Positions 22,701 to 36,000 are shown, numbered from the stretch's first letter. The stretch: DNA of 64,000 nucleotides from Amoebophrya sp. A120 (GCA_905178155.1 CAJINV010000018.1:1034609-1098608); one strand, 5' to 3'. Notes: generated from the sequence alone by a model not told the origin. Numbers and translations: made by a program.

Positions 22701-24370
22701 GCCTCCGAAGTTTTCGGCTGATAAAAAAAAAAACGGCCTCAAAAAAATTCTCCCCCTCTATTTCGCGAACCATTTTTATGTGGGGTTTTGGTTCTGCATT
22801 TTCCGCTGAGCCGCGGGCGAATTTTGGAACCGTTTCTGGGGGCAGCTTTGGCTCTGTTTCCGGGCGAGCCCAAAAATTATTCAATTTCTCGTCCGGCTTT
22901 CTTTTCCAGACAATCAAAATTCTGGTCATAAAGTGAAGCCCCGACAAAGTGCTTTTCCGTGGATTGCCTTCCGACCGAAGCCCCATTGCTGCCTCACGGT
23001 GGCAACTAGACACCCTCCTCGGAAGTTGCTTGTTCAAATCTATCCCTTACCCTCGGCACCAGACCACAGGCGGACGGTTGTGTCGTATGCCGCAACTTCC
23101 AACCCAAGCCGCCCCACACTCGGGGTCGTGGCTCGAATGGTGCCGGGCTTGAAGCATGATCGAGGTAAAGAACCACAATTTCGGTTGCGATTTTGGGAGC
23201 GATATAGCGTAGAACCATCCGACTGGTTCAGCGGGTTAGTAGACCACGACTTCTGGATACGAAAGTTGTAAGCGGCCTCTCTCATCGCGAGATTGCGGTC
23301 GGTCCACAGGACTGTGGCGTAATCGCCGCCGGTCCCTAACGAGGTTTCGCAGGCCATTTTTTGTGATCCCGTCCACACCATCTTTCCAGCTTTCCCCACT
23401 AGCTCTATTTGCGGGATCCATTTTCCCACACTGCGGACACGTCTCAAGTCAGCGCCAAATGTCACGCGGCGACCCTCGTCCTCGTTCGGACCGGAAAGGG
23501 TGTCAAAGAGCATTTGCACCTCGTAGCTGGTGGCCGTGTGGGATGTGACGGGGACGAACACTTTATTCATGCGGGCGATGATCCAGTCTTGGTCTGCTTC
23601 CGCCATCGTGTCATGATGTACTCTGAACCACTCGCCTACGTCAATCCTCTTGAGCACGGGCGTTGCATCCGATGCAGCTGTTGTCTCGGTAACTATGCAG
23701 TGCAAATAAGTATCTCTGGGTCTGGAAGAATGCAAACTTGTGACGCGGCAGATTTTGTCTACACAGCCGCGCTTGGTTTTGGCTAAGTACTCATTGATTC
23801 CTAGTTTTCATTTTGACCCTAGTAGCGCAGCAGTGCGCACGTCGACCGATATGCAGACAGGTGCCGAGGCCTGTTTACTAAATGCCAGCTTGTGATGCAG
23901 ATTCTGGAAGAGATCAAAACCTGTGTAAAACTAAAATCTAATGCGTTTACATAAGTACTTAATCAGCAAAAGTTGTCCGATTTTTGGTCCCAGAAGACGA
24001 CACTTCTCATGCAGGAGACTACGCATAGAAATAAATCCTTCACAGAATTTGTAAGGCTTTGTGTCCATTTTTTCCTGCAGATCGATGCAACAACGGCATG
24101 AAGAAAAATGCCTGGATTCTTCTAGACCCAGACATATTTGCATTTGATAGGACGATGCGCTACCGTGCTATCAGCCGGCGTCTCTCCGACGGAGGAAGTC
24201 GACTGCACCCGCTTAGCTACTGCATCAAGAATACGGAGAAAACCACTGCTGTGAAGGAATAAAAATGAGAAGATCAAGTGCACGTAGCGAAGGCGTGCTC
24301 CTGCTCGGCGATGCACATCGCTCTTTAGCCAGCCAGGGCGAGACACCATTTTGGTACTTCCAGTCTGCAT
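19738..24370 (-). CDS. Multi-exon gene or genes of unknown function, possibly with an FkbM-like methyltransferase segment; may be disrupted
   Basis: Long minus-strand ORF pieces at 19738-20187, 20223-20992, 21242-21637, 21979-22255, 23040-23693 and 24150-24370 are separated by introners or unresolved gaps. The VILDCEG motif weakly resembles the FkbM KIDxEG motif. Not all joins are resolved. Confidence 0.4.
20993..21241. mobile_element. Introner family F
   Basis: TIR tattatagtgaaaaacgcccc...gggggtgcgattttcatttcaata; direct repeat gaaga. Confidence 0.8.
21672..21978. mobile_element. Introner family B (diverged)
   Basis: Family B TIRs; flanks agctc/agttc. Confidence 0.75.
23694..24149. mobile_element. 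Degenerate, enlarged family A introner
   Basis: ctgggtctggaag near the left end and tctagacccagacatatttgcatttgata at the right end; removing element plus 5 nt joins ORF 24122-24370 to 23040-23735 in frame. Confidence 0.6.
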
Positions 24371-25238
24371 TTGGATTTTCCCTTTGCACTAAAAATGCCT
24401 GTACTTACTTCTGTTTGAACTGCAACTGGAGTCGCTGAACTCACGCCTACTCTTTCTTGCACCTCGCAAACGATGAGACCCAGAGAAGATGAAAAGTCGA
24501 ATGAAAACCTACGGCACTTCTACGTAACACAAAAATGCAACTACAACTGCAATTTTTCCAAACTATAGTTCGACATCAATGCTGAATACAAGCTCCTGAA
24601 GAGAAGAAAAAGAAACAAGATACAACTGATGATGTGATTCCTTGTTCCTCGGGTTAACGTCTGGTTGTTCCATTGATGACGAGATAGCGATCCGGATCTG
24701 CAGTTCCACATCCACTTCGATCTATTTTCAGAAAGAGGAGCAAGAGCTCCTTACGGAGCTACATCGAAAAACAAAAATCCCTATGCTCGTATAAGTACCA
24801 CGCCGTCAATTCGTTTCTGGTTTAACGTGGCCAAGCAGGCTAGAAAAGAGGCCTGCTGTAGTACCTACTTGCGCTCGTTCAAATTATCTAGTACCTGGCT
24901 TTCAAGTGGTATTAAGTACTGTCCGGGCCAACGATTTCCCACATGTAGTGTCAAAAACAGATCTACTTCGCCGCTGTGCCTTGATCAAAAAGCAAGTGCC
25001 TACAGAGCTGCCATAATATCGTTTTCCACAAGCAATTCCATCAAAGAAGGCGAAAAACAAACAGATCTGATGAGACGACGAAGAACAAGCTGGCTCTTTT
25101 ATTCATCAGGTCTCAATAAAGCACTGACACACGCGGATCAACATGCGGGTTCAGCAAAAAATCTTCATCTTCATCCGCAAGAGATATTCACCTCCACGGT
25201 CTCTACTTTCTTTTCCTTTCGTGGACCATGCTAGAAAC

Positions 25239-25696
25239 TTGTGCTACCACCTCGTGTAAGTGAAAAACCAAGAATCTGTTGATGTTTTTTCACGAGTTTT
25301 TTCCACATTGTTTTTTCTTCTGCGAGAAAGAAATGCGAGGATATCATGAAGAAACATGATGATGAACAACTTGTGAATCTCAAAACCAACAGTCTTTTGT
25401 GGGAATCTCAAGCAAATGAACGAACGAAAGAATCTGAATGCCCAGGTTCTCCACCAATGTTGACCGAAGAATGTAGAACACGTAGATAGCCGCGCATTCA
25501 GATTCTTTCGTTCGTTCATTTGCTTGAGATTCCCACAAAAGACTGTTGGTTTTGAGATTCACAAGTTGTTCATCATCATGTTTCTTCATGATATCCTCGC
25601 ATTTCTTTCTCGCAGAAGAAAAAACAATGTGGAAAAAACTCGTGAAAAAACATCAACAGATTCTTGGTTTTTCACTTACACGAGGTGGTAGCACAA
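25239..25696. repeat. Perfect long inverted repeat: 203-bp arms (25239-25441 and 25494-25696) with a 52-bp loop
   Basis: The arms read as exact reverse complements by eye (ttgtgctaccacctcgtgtaag...gaatctgaatgc / gcattcagattc...cttacacgaggtggtagcacaa). Confidence 0.9.
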
Positions 25697-26338
25697 AACT
25701 CGCCTCTGCAGCCGGGAATTCGAATTCTTCAGCACCGATATGAACCGACGATCGACATTCGTCACGGTATGCCGGTTTGTTACCACCAAGAGCAAAGAAC
25801 AAGAGCTGCGCAAGACCATGCATACAGTGCTGTTATTCAATATTCATGATCGTTTTGTTCCACAAGCTATCCCGCATTTTTTGAAGGCGAACAACAAAAA
25901 GATACAGATCCTCGAGAGGTGGGGGTCCAATTTCTCGGCTCTAGTTGTCGTAAGTAGTTGTGTTCTCACGTCGAGCATGAAAAAGCACACATTGGAGTGA
26001 CATTTTCTTTCTCACCAATTCAAATTTTTGTCCAATTATTCTTCTTGGTTTACATGAAATTTATGTTCCAACTTCGAAGATAGCCTAGTACTACCCGTAG
26101 TCGGGTAAGTAAAAACTAATGCGGTTGTCTACGGCTTGAAAACTTCCGCATCCGCCTTAAATTTAGTTTCTCTGCTTACAACTTTCTATTGTCAATTTTG
26201 AAGATTTTTTGTCGTCGACATAAACTACAGGAGCCGAAGTAGGTCGGCGATGTCAATTTTCTGCTGAATTTATTAAGCGCACGCAAAAGAAAAGTTTTAT
26301 ATCGTCATCAAGTTCTTCTACTACTTATTCTTGTTCTC

Positions 26339-28600
26339 TCACAGCTGATCCAGTTCCCAGCTGTTATTGAGCATCAGTCTGCACCGCACGGCGGGTATGT
26401 ACTCGTCTTTCGTCTTGTTGCTCCAGTACTGCACCCAAATGAGCGAATCCTTCGGGTCCCCCGTCTCACTCGGCATCACGCCCTTGACTATTGTGAGGAA
26501 AAATCCACCCCCATATCGAAAGCGAAATTTGTGTTGCTGTATTTGACTACACAAATCACGTTGGTCTTGCTGGAGAGGACTGCAGACCCATATCAAGCTT
26601 GAGTAGAGAGGATTTGACTTAGGCGCTTAGCATGAAAAGCGTCCGTGATGTTGGCTCAACAGCATGACAAACCGCCTCCATAACGGGACGGAAGCTGCTG
26701 CCCTTGTCTTCTTGCAACACAAACGCGATTTGTGACCTCAAATCAGCAACACAAATGTTCGAAAACCTACCTCTTCAATATGGGGAGGGGGGATTTTTCC
26801 TTTTCATATTGACGGTGGCCTGTTCGGGCTGTGGGTCACCCAACTCCCGGAGCACTATCATTTGTAAAAACGTCCCCGCCCCATAGTTGTGGTGCAATTC
26901 TGCATGCTGAAGATGCTTCTCATTCGGAGCCCCAGCACTCCGGAATTTGTCATGCTCCCATCAGCATGCTGCTCTGGATTTGTGACGCTGGTGAGCTAGC
27001 TGGTGAACAGTACCACACTACGAGACCAAACCTGTCATGCGCAACAACCAAGCCCTGTGGATTTGTCTAGCAGATTTCCCCACTTGACTATGGGTATGGG
27101 GTGGGGACGTTTTTTCACAGGATAAACACCCACACGTTGTCCTTCTCCTGCAGCTGTCGCTCGTTGGAATATCAAGTGCAAATATGTCTGGGTCTGGGAG
27201 ATTGTGAGATTTGTAATGCTCTGCTGATAGGAGAGAAAGATCTGTCATGCGTCTTGCGCTACCAAGCTATCTTTTTGTGATGCAAAAACGCAGGTTGTCA
27301 TGCAGTCGACGCAAGACCAAGTCGCTCAGAAACTTGTCATGCGCGTCCCCATATCATAGGCTGCTTATGATTCGCAAACTAGCGTCACAAATTCCCAGAC
27401 CCAGACATTTTTGCAATGCATATGGAAACCAGCTCCGCGACGCCCATGGATTTCCGCAGCAGGTGGAGCGTTTTGTCCCGTTTCCGCACGTCCTATCGTA
27501 CGGAAAAAGTGTTTCACTGTAAGGATTTTGCAAGTTTTGCATCACAAGTTTGTTTTACACGACAGCGGAAATTTGCCATGCGGGGTTCCTAAGGGAAAAC
27601 GCAGCTAGAAACTCATGGTCCTGCATGTGTAGCATGACACACACTTCTGCGATCCATTTTCTGCATCACAACTTTACAGTGAAACAGTTTTTTCTTGCGA
27701 TACGTCCGCCATCTTCAGTAATGTGTCCCCACCCCCGTTCACCCAGGCCAGCCAGATTTTGCAGTCGCCGACCTGCTTCAAGATCTGTTTCAGCGTCTGC
27801 TCATCGTCTTGGCCGACGGCCCGAAAAGCCTGCTTTTTCAGTTGCTTGATCTCTTCCGTTTCGGGCTCCGTCGTGGTCGGATGATCTATGGATGTGTCAG
27901 AATCGAAATTGACAAAATCGAGAAATTTGTGATGCACAAAACCGATGCCAGTTGGAGACTCAGTTTCCAAGTGGCGCATGACAAATTTCGCGAGCACCCA
28001 AATCCAGTCTGTCATGCTGTTTGGGCAAAGAAGACTGCTCCTGTCATGGTACTCTGGCAGCACATTGCGTAGCCCAAAACAGGCTTACAATCGGCCTCAT
28101 TTGCCTGCTCCCCAATACAGACTTTCAGTGCCCTACATTTTACGCATCACAAGTTTTTCGATTTTGTCGATTTCGATCCTGACACATCCATATGATCCGC
28201 TGTGGTAGTACTGCCACTACGCTTGCTCGCACTACTACTACTAGCACCACCACCTCCATTCGGACTTCGACTTGAGCTGGTGTGGCCAGCTGTTCCACTG
28301 GTCGTGCCGTTCGCAGTAGTTGCACCTCCTGCATAATTCCTTGTGGGCGAAATTCCACTCAGTTTATTCAGCGAGGAAGAGGAGCTACTGGCGGAACTGC
28401 CAACATTATGACCGGCTCCATTTGCCGCACGCAATTCGTCTTTGTCGTGCTCCTCTTGCAATTCCTCCCCCTCCAATAAGTTCGCAACTTTGAACTCGTG
28501 CTTGAATTTCGGTTTTGAACTGGACCCCTGCTGCGTGTCGCGGGCGGAGGAGGCAACGGGAAGGTCGCGGAGCCTGATAATTTGGTTTTATTGCTCATCG
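26339..28600 (-). CDS. 3' exons of a gene with an ankyrin-like segment; may be continuous with the coiled-coil gene upstream
   Basis: After introner removal the frame reads AFRAVGQDDEQTLKQIL..NGGGDTLLKMADVRKRDKTLHLLRKSMG..NVWVLRELGDPQPEQATVKGVMP..WVQYWSNKTKDEYIPAVRCRL..*. Upstream boundary approximate. Confidence 0.55.
26489..26808. mobile_element. Introner family E
   Basis: Family E TIRs; direct repeat ttgac. Confidence 0.85.
26856..27124. mobile_element. Introner family B
   Basis: Family B TIRs; flanks agcac/aacac. Confidence 0.8.
27170..27422. mobile_element. Introner family A
   Basis: Family A TIRs; direct repeat tggaa. Confidence 0.85.
27494..27702. mobile_element. Introner family G
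   Basis: TIR tatcgtacggaaaaagtgtttcactgt...acagtgaaacagttttttcttgcgata; direct repeat cgtcc. Confidence 0.85.
27887..28192. mobile_element. Introner family C
   Basis: Family C TIRs; direct repeat tgatc. Confidence 0.9.
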
Positions 28601-28766
28601 ATTCGAGAGAGAGAGGGTTGTGTGTGATGTGTGAGTGTGTGATGCTAAAATTGCAAAGGATTCTTGTAGTTTTATTTTAAAAACACAGAAATGAGCAACA
28701 CAAGAAATTTGTCGATCTCGAGTACCACATAGAATCCCCGATGAGCCGATCTTTGTCGAGCGCGTT

Positions 28767-29046
28767 TATCCTGTGTAAAAACGTCCCCACACCATAGTTG
28801 TCATGCAAATCTGCATGCTTAAAATGTTTGCCATGCGGAGCCCCATGAGAAGCATTTTCTAATGGTGTTTTGAAATTTGTCATGCTCCAATCAGCATGAG
28901 AGACTAGATCTGTAATGCTGCTGAACTAGCTCAAACAGCACTACACTACGCGTCCAGATTTGTCATGCGAAACAAGCAAAGTTGGCCGAGTTGTCTAGCA
29001 GATTTTCCATCTTGACTCTGGTGTGGGTACGTTTTTACTCAGGATA
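28767..29046. mobile_element. Introner family B
   Basis: Family B TIRs; direct repeat gcgtt. Confidence 0.85.
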
Positions 29047-29074
29047 GCGTTCTGGGCGTCCTCTTGCTGCTTGT

Positions 29075-29682
29075 TATGCATTGCAAATATCCCTGGATGT
29101 CTGGGAGGATGGAACTTGTGATGCGTCCTGTGGGTCACACAAAACTCTGTGTTGCGTGATCACCAGAAGTTGTCCTTTTTTGACTAACGTCGTATCGTAT
29201 CGCTTTGACATTTGACTCCTGTCAGGGTGGCGTTAGAACAGACTTAGCCTCTGCCAATACCGTGGCGCTAGAACAGATTTAGCCTCTGCCAATACCGTGG
29301 CGTTAGAACAGATTTAGCCTCTGCCAATACCCCTAGGTGGACACCCGTTCCACGTCCTACAGGTACCACCCGACCGCATCCGCCGAACCGCTTGCGATTG
29401 CTTACGCGTGAGTACGGCCAGTGGGCGCTAGATGTGGCTGACCTGATTTACCATCCAAGCCCGCGAGCAAGGTGGAGCTCCAGTGTTGCCTTGTTGGGTT
29501 ATTCTTACAAACTTTGCACGTCTTACAAACTAACATGAGCGGGAGTTTCTCATGCAGGATAGGCATGATAGAGATTTTGCAGAATCTGTCATGCTAGGTC
29601 TTGCATGCCAGCCTCACGGGGCATGGGAAATATGCATGACAAGTCTGCAATCTTCCAGACCCAGACATTTTTGCATTTGATA
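29075..29682. mobile_element. Family A introner containing a 5'-truncated non-LTR retroelement
   Basis: Family A ends; direct repeat cttgt; empty site in the paralog at 15738-15742. Confidence 0.85.
29189..29530 (-). mobile_element. 5'-truncated (or SINE-like) copy of the introner-nested LINE, 3' end only
   Basis: Homologous to 52130-52400; three 35-bp tandem repeats at 29227-29331; candidate TSD actaac at 29183-29188 and 29529-29534. Confidence 0.85.
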
Positions 29683-30099
29683 CTTGTTGAGCTGGTCCAA
29701 CTTTGTCAGTGTTATGGAATAGGGAAAATGAGCTGTAGACTGGCAGCTGGAAGTGGAACTACTACTACTTCTCCGTATGCATGACAAAAGACGCTTGTCG
29801 TGCTCAACGACACACACATAATTTTTTTACATGCATTCCTCCCCGACAACCTTTTCTACTTCAATTGTCAAGAGATCGCGAACGCCGACAGCTGCCCAGA
29901 CACAATTCCAAATTTTCCCCGTTCCATAGTCAGCTGCTCTCTTTCATGCTGTATCCTGGCTATGGTCGACGCTTGCGGTGAGTTCAAGCTTTGTGCTTGA
30001 TCGTCACCCGCGAGGTGCTCCGACGAAGTGGAGATGTCTGGAAAAAGATGGGTTTTTGGTTCCTTCCAATACCGCGATAAAACCCACGGCAGCCCATGC

Positions 30100-33000
30100 T
30101 CATGGTGCCATAGCTAATGGATGCCCAATGACCTCCACTCAGGAAGAACAATAAACACATGGAAGCCGGAAAATCAATCACTGAAAAAAAACCAAACAGC
30201 TCTGTTTTTCTGTACTGCTCGCCTTGCTTCTTTTTTTCCCCGCTGCTCCCACCTCCTCGTATTGAGAGAAAAAATCCCCCCTCCCCATATTGAAAAGGTA
30301 TGTCTCCGGAAATTTGTGTTGCTGATTTGAGGTCACAAATCACATCTGTCTTGCAAGAAGACAAGGGCAGAAGCTTCCGCCATATTATGGAGGCGATTTG
30401 TCATGCCGTTGGGCCTAAAGGGAGGCCGTTTGCCATGCTGAGCAACTAGACCCATACGCCCCCAGCTAGCCTGGGGATCTGGCCGCCATGCCTTTTTGCA
30501 ACACAAATCTGATTTGTGTATCCAAATGCAGCATCAGAAATTTCGTTTTGATATGGGGAGGGGGGATTTTTCCTTTTGATACCTCGCTCGCCTTTGTTTT
30601 CCAATATTCCACCTCCCCGTGCAGACTCTCCAGCGACTTATTACAATGAAAAATGCCCCCACCCCCGAACTTGAAAGCATTTGTATTGCAAACCTTTCCA
30701 AATGAAACATTCGCCCTCTTGCACCTAGCAGCATCACAGGTTTCCAATCGTGAATAGCGAAAATTTGTATTGCAAAAGACCCCAGCAAGAGCGGCGCTTG
30801 TCATGCAAGCGATGCGATACACGCCTAGACTCTGCATCAGAAAGATTCATACTCCTCCCATGCATGACAAAAAGTTTTCATTTGGAAACTTCGCATCACA
30901 AATTTTTGCAATTTGAGGGGTGGGGGGCACTTTTCACTGTAATACGACTTCTCCATGGTTTTCAGCTGCGCCAACGCCTCGTTCCGCGCAAACTGGGACT
31001 GCTGCAGCTCCTGCTTAAGCGTTTTTTTCTCCTTTTCCATTTCCTCCCACTTCGCCTCGGCCTTGGCGCACCGCCGCCGCAGTATCCTGAGTAAAAACGT
31101 ACCCACACCAGAGTTGTAATGCAGATTTGCAAAGACAGGAAGACTTGTAATGCGCATCCCCATGAGAGCCATTTCCAATTGTGTTTTGGAATTTGTGTTC
31201 CTGTGAACAGGATGAGCAGATGAATCTGTGACGCGGCTGCACGTGCTAACCTGCACTACACTGCATAGCGCAACTTGTCATGCGTGACTCACAAAACTCC
31301 TAGGTTTGTGTTGCAAAATCCCCATCCTGACTCTGGTGTGGGTACGTTTTTACTCAGGATACGCAGTTCCTCGTTTTCCTCTTCCAGGGGCAAGACCGAC
31401 ATTTGGGAGGCGTTCATTTTCGACCGGGCGAGCTTCACTTCGGAAAGCAGCTTCTCATTTTGCTTTCGAATCTCGTCGATCTCCTCATTCTGCATATCCT
31501 GTGCAAAAGTATCGCACTCGTATTGACGCAGTCATGCATGCCAAATCGCGTTTTTAAGCCAAGTCCGCATTACAAATTTTCTTTCTCATGCTGAGGAAAT
31601 AATTTGTGATGCATTTATACGAGTACGATAGTTTTGCAATGCATATTGCACTTGGATCACCGATATCTGCCCGTGCGCGTTCTCCAGCTCGAGGGTCAGG
31701 TTGCTTACCTTGGGTGAAGATTTTAGTACAACTCAAGTGGAGTTTATAAAAATTGTAAGTACGCTTCTCCCTAGTTCGTCGGTTGTTCTCTTGTGGCCTT
31801 TATTTTTAGACACAGGACGAGTCAATTTGTGCATACCATTCGAGGCGGCAAGTTGATCGGATGAGCTTATCCTTATTGTGGTCATGGTCATCAACGTCAA
31901 CATTCATAGACAGGACGATGAATCCGTTTTCTTCAGAGTACCGTCCTTTTCTGCTTTGTCACCTCCTCCGTCTTTCGGTGGACTTCTGCCTGCAGGTCGG
32001 ACACCAGCTTCGCATTTTCATCTACCGTAGACAGCCGGCTCTTCGGGCTGAACCGGCTCGTTTTGTGATTCCTTTTCTCGGGTGACAGGGAACTGGTCCC
32101 GCCGAACAGGCCGGTACTTGCTCCGCTGCCGGCCCGGTTTCGCGACGTGGAAGTGGAGGACGACGAACCGCCAAAACTGAACAAGCCACCCAGAATCGAC
32201 GTCGCAGAGGAGCCGGACTTCCGGCCCTCCTGTTCCGACGATTGTTGCGACTCCGTGGTCTGGCTTATCCTGATTAAAAACGTCCCCACACCAGAGTCAA
32301 GATGGGAAATCTGCTAGACAAATCAGCCAGCTTTGGTGGTTTCGCATGACAACTTTGTCCTCGTAGTGTAGTCCTGTTTAGCGGCTCAGCAGCATCACAG
32401 ATCTAGCCTTGCCATGCTGATTCTAGCATCACAACTTTCAAAACACGAATAGAGCATGCTGCTCATAGGGCTCCGCATGAGAAACTTTTTTGGCATGCAA
32501 AATTGCATGACAACTCTGGGGTGGGGACGTTTTTACAAACAATATGGCTATTCAGGTTCTCTTCATCCGTGCGGTCCTGACTTTCGACCTCCGAGCTACT
32601 GGCGCTCGAGGAGGACGAGGTCCGCAGCTCCTCATCTTCGTCATCCTGCACGGTCTCCCGGCCTCGCCTGACCGTGGTTTCGTCACCACTTGCTCGTGAG
32701 GGTCCCAAAGGGGGGGAACCTCCACGGTGATCCATGTGCTGGTGCTCTGGCGAAGCCCGATTGTAGTTGCTGCCAGTACTACTACTACTACTCTTTTGTT
32801 GCTGCGACCTCTCCCGGGTCTTCATGTGGTTCACTTGGGCGACTAACGCGTCGCGCTCCCGCGTCACGGTCTCCTTGCCCGCAGCCATCTCTTCAATTTG
32901 CCGCTCGTGGTTTTTTGCCGACAGTGCGTACTCCTTGTTCTCTTGGACGACGTTGTACAACTGTTGCTCGTACTGAGTTTCGATTTTTCGCAAGGACTTG

Positions 33001-36000
33001 ACCTCAGCTTGCAGGGCGTTCAAGTGCTGCCGCAGCTGCTCGGCACTCTCGGTTTCCGCGACTTGTCTCTCGGAAAGCGTATACACATCGGCGGCACGCT
33101 GGTTTTTTTTTCGAAACTCAACATTATGTCACGAGGACACTGAAAGATTTCTATCTCATGCGAAAGCTGCATAGCGAAGGCCGTTTCTCATGTTGACATT
33201 CGCAACAGTCACAAACTAGTACATCAACCTGTTTTATCTCTAGAAAGATAGTACCTGCTTATTCTCCTTTTTTAGTTTCTGCACCTCCTGGTCCTTTATT
33301 TCCAGCCGTCGCCGCAGCTCCGCGCGGGTATGAAGAGGACGAAATAATTTATGGAACTTGTATTGCATACACTGCATGCATGGCATCGCTCTAGACAGTC
33401 ATGAGTATCATCGATCGCGTATATGCAATACAAATACATCAACTGTGGCACTTTCGTAAAGTTCTCCCGCATACGCGCCCCCGGCGGGATCTTCTTCGCT
33501 GCTGGTCGTAGCGGGGTTGTAGTTCACATTGTTGCTGTTTCGCATCATGATGCCAGCTGGATTGGAAGCGTCGTCCGGCGAGGTTATTTTTGACGAAGAC
33601 GCCGAAGATCTGTTGTTGCCTGTAGTTCCAGCAGCTGCTGCTGTCCCGGTTCCAAAATTGTGCAACTGTATGGAAGCGTCAGGATCGAAATCAACAAAAT
33701 CGAAATAATTTGTGATGCATAAACTCGATACCAGTCGGAGCCGCAGTTTCCAAGTGGGGCATGACAAATTTCGGGAGCAACAAAATCCAGCCTGTCATGC
33801 TGTTTGGGCAAGGAAGACTGCTCCTGTCATGCTACTCTGGCAGCGCATCGCCTTCCCCTAAACAGGCTCGCAATCGGTCTCATTTGCCTGCTCCCCAACA
33901 CAGGCCATACGTGCCCTACATTTTATGCATTACAAATTTTTCGATTTTGCGAATTTCGATTTTGACACATCCATAAACTGACTGCGCATGCTAGTGTTCT
34001 TCGACGTCACACCTGCTCCAGGGGAGTGGGACGACGTTGTCACTTCTACCTGGTTCTGCTGCGCAGTAGAGAGGACGAGACCAGCTGTTGTACTAGTGGG
34101 CTCCGACGAATACACTTGACGAGACGAGGACTCGTCGTCGTGGAGTACTAGTTTATCTCTGGACGAGCTACTTGAAACTCCTTGTTCTGCAAAGGGGTTT
34201 TTCGACGCACTATTCCTGCCCTTGTGTGATATTCTCGCTGTGCCGCTATTGGCCGCCGGAGAAGATGACGCCAATGAAGAGGAAAACAGGAAGGGCTGCG
34301 GCTGCTGCTCTTGTTGTTGCGATGGAGATAGTTGTACTTGCGACGTTACAGCACTAGCTGCCTGCAGATGTTGCTGCGCGCCTAATCCTAAAGAGCCCAA
34401 AGCCGCACCTGCTATAGCACCGCTGGTCGTAGCAGTAGTTATCGGCGAAGACAGCGGGCTGGCGAAGTTGCTGGACGTCGAAGACGAGTTATTCGGTGTG
34501 TGATGTAGCTGTGCGTTTTTACTCCTGTAATTCGCGTAGGAGTTACTCAGTTTCCACTGGGCGAGCGCCTGGTCCTTCTCCGCAAGAATTTTCGACAGCT
34601 CGGCAACCCTGTCCGCAAACTGGCTCTGTTCAACCTTGATTCTGGCCGCGTGCTGCTGGCTATGAACTGCAAATATGTCTGGGTCTGGAAGAGTCGGGGC
34701 TTGTCATGCACATTTTGCATGACCCATCAAGTCTGTGACGCTGGTGCTAGCATCACAGATTTTTTGAGAGCTTCTTGATGCTTATTACCCATGACAAATG
34801 CCCTCTCCGCGTGCCAAGAACTGACTCCTCTTACTGCTCACGACGCAACACAGATATTTTTAGAATCCACAGACAGCATTACCAGTTCGACTCTTCCAGA
34901 CCCAGACACTTTTGCATTTGATACTGCCGCTCCTCGGCCAATTTCTTCTCGAGGTCCGCAAACCGGTCCCGCTCTTGCAGTAGTTGCAACGCGTGCTTGC
35001 GCTCCTGTTATTATGATGCTGCGTAGTTGATAATATTATCTCATGTCTACCTCATGTAGTTTATTTTTTACTTGGTCGTCCTATCATCATGTATCAATCA
35101 AAGGTAGGAAGTCCTAGAGTAGTAATAGTATCTTGTTCCATTATATCTTCCCCCACGCAAAAGAACAAATTCGAAGTCGAAACTTGTTCAGAATACCAGA
35201 TCCGCCAAGCGCTTTTCGAGGGCGCTACTTCCAGAATCCGTGCCGGCAGATGAAAACAAACTACGGTTTCCGTCGAGCGGACTGCTTGTTTTCACGAGCT
35301 GCTGCTGTGGATGTTGGGTCAGATCAGCAAAACCGTTTCCTAGGCCTGGTGAGCAATTGCTTTCCCGTTCTGAATCAAATTGATGTCCCTGCCGGTGGTC
35401 TGCGACTCCAGCATGCGCACTACCATGGTACTCCCGAAGATGTTGATCAACGCCCCTTGTGTTCCCGAAGTTGCCGTATCGGCTTAATTGATGAAGCGCG
35501 CTCGCTGCCTGGCTGTGTGCAGCGGGACCACCTCCACCACTCAACGGGTGGTGAACGCCAAAAGTAGTCGGAAAGCAGTGCGAATCGGTGCCACTCCGGG
35601 TACGGAAACTCCCGAGTCGGCCGAGGTCGACCGACTTCCGGCTGGCGGGAATGCCGGAATAATTTTTCGCGTTGGCGATTTGCGAACGCGAATTCCGCTC
35701 GAAGCGCTCGATCAAGGAATTAACACGGGAAGAGGACGAGGAAGTTGCGCCGCTTTTCGTCGAAGAAGATCCCTGTTGGTTCAGGTTGTAAGAAGTAGTT
35801 GCACCCCCAGCTGTTTTCGTAGATGTTGAAGTACCGCTGTGCGTTGTCGTAGCACTACTTCCCGGGTTGAAATTAGATGGCGGCCTGGTCGCGGTTGCAG
35901 TTGTCATGATGTACAAAAGCGGCGGGTAGTTGTTCGCTGTGAATTTCAAAATTTTTCTGTCCTTGCTCTTTCTTCACGTCGGAAATAAACGAAGAAGTAC

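Larger units (their letters stand above)
28210..30098. repeat. Duplicated segment, copy 2 (paralog at 14883-16160)
   Basis: Colinear with copy 1 but carries an extra family A introner with a retroelement fragment at 29075-29682. Confidence 0.9.

Noticed and set aside
29227-29331. 35-bp repeats resembling a CRISPR array
   Set aside because: The units are directly adjacent with no spacers, there are no cas genes, the context is eukaryotic, and they are part of the LINE 3' end.
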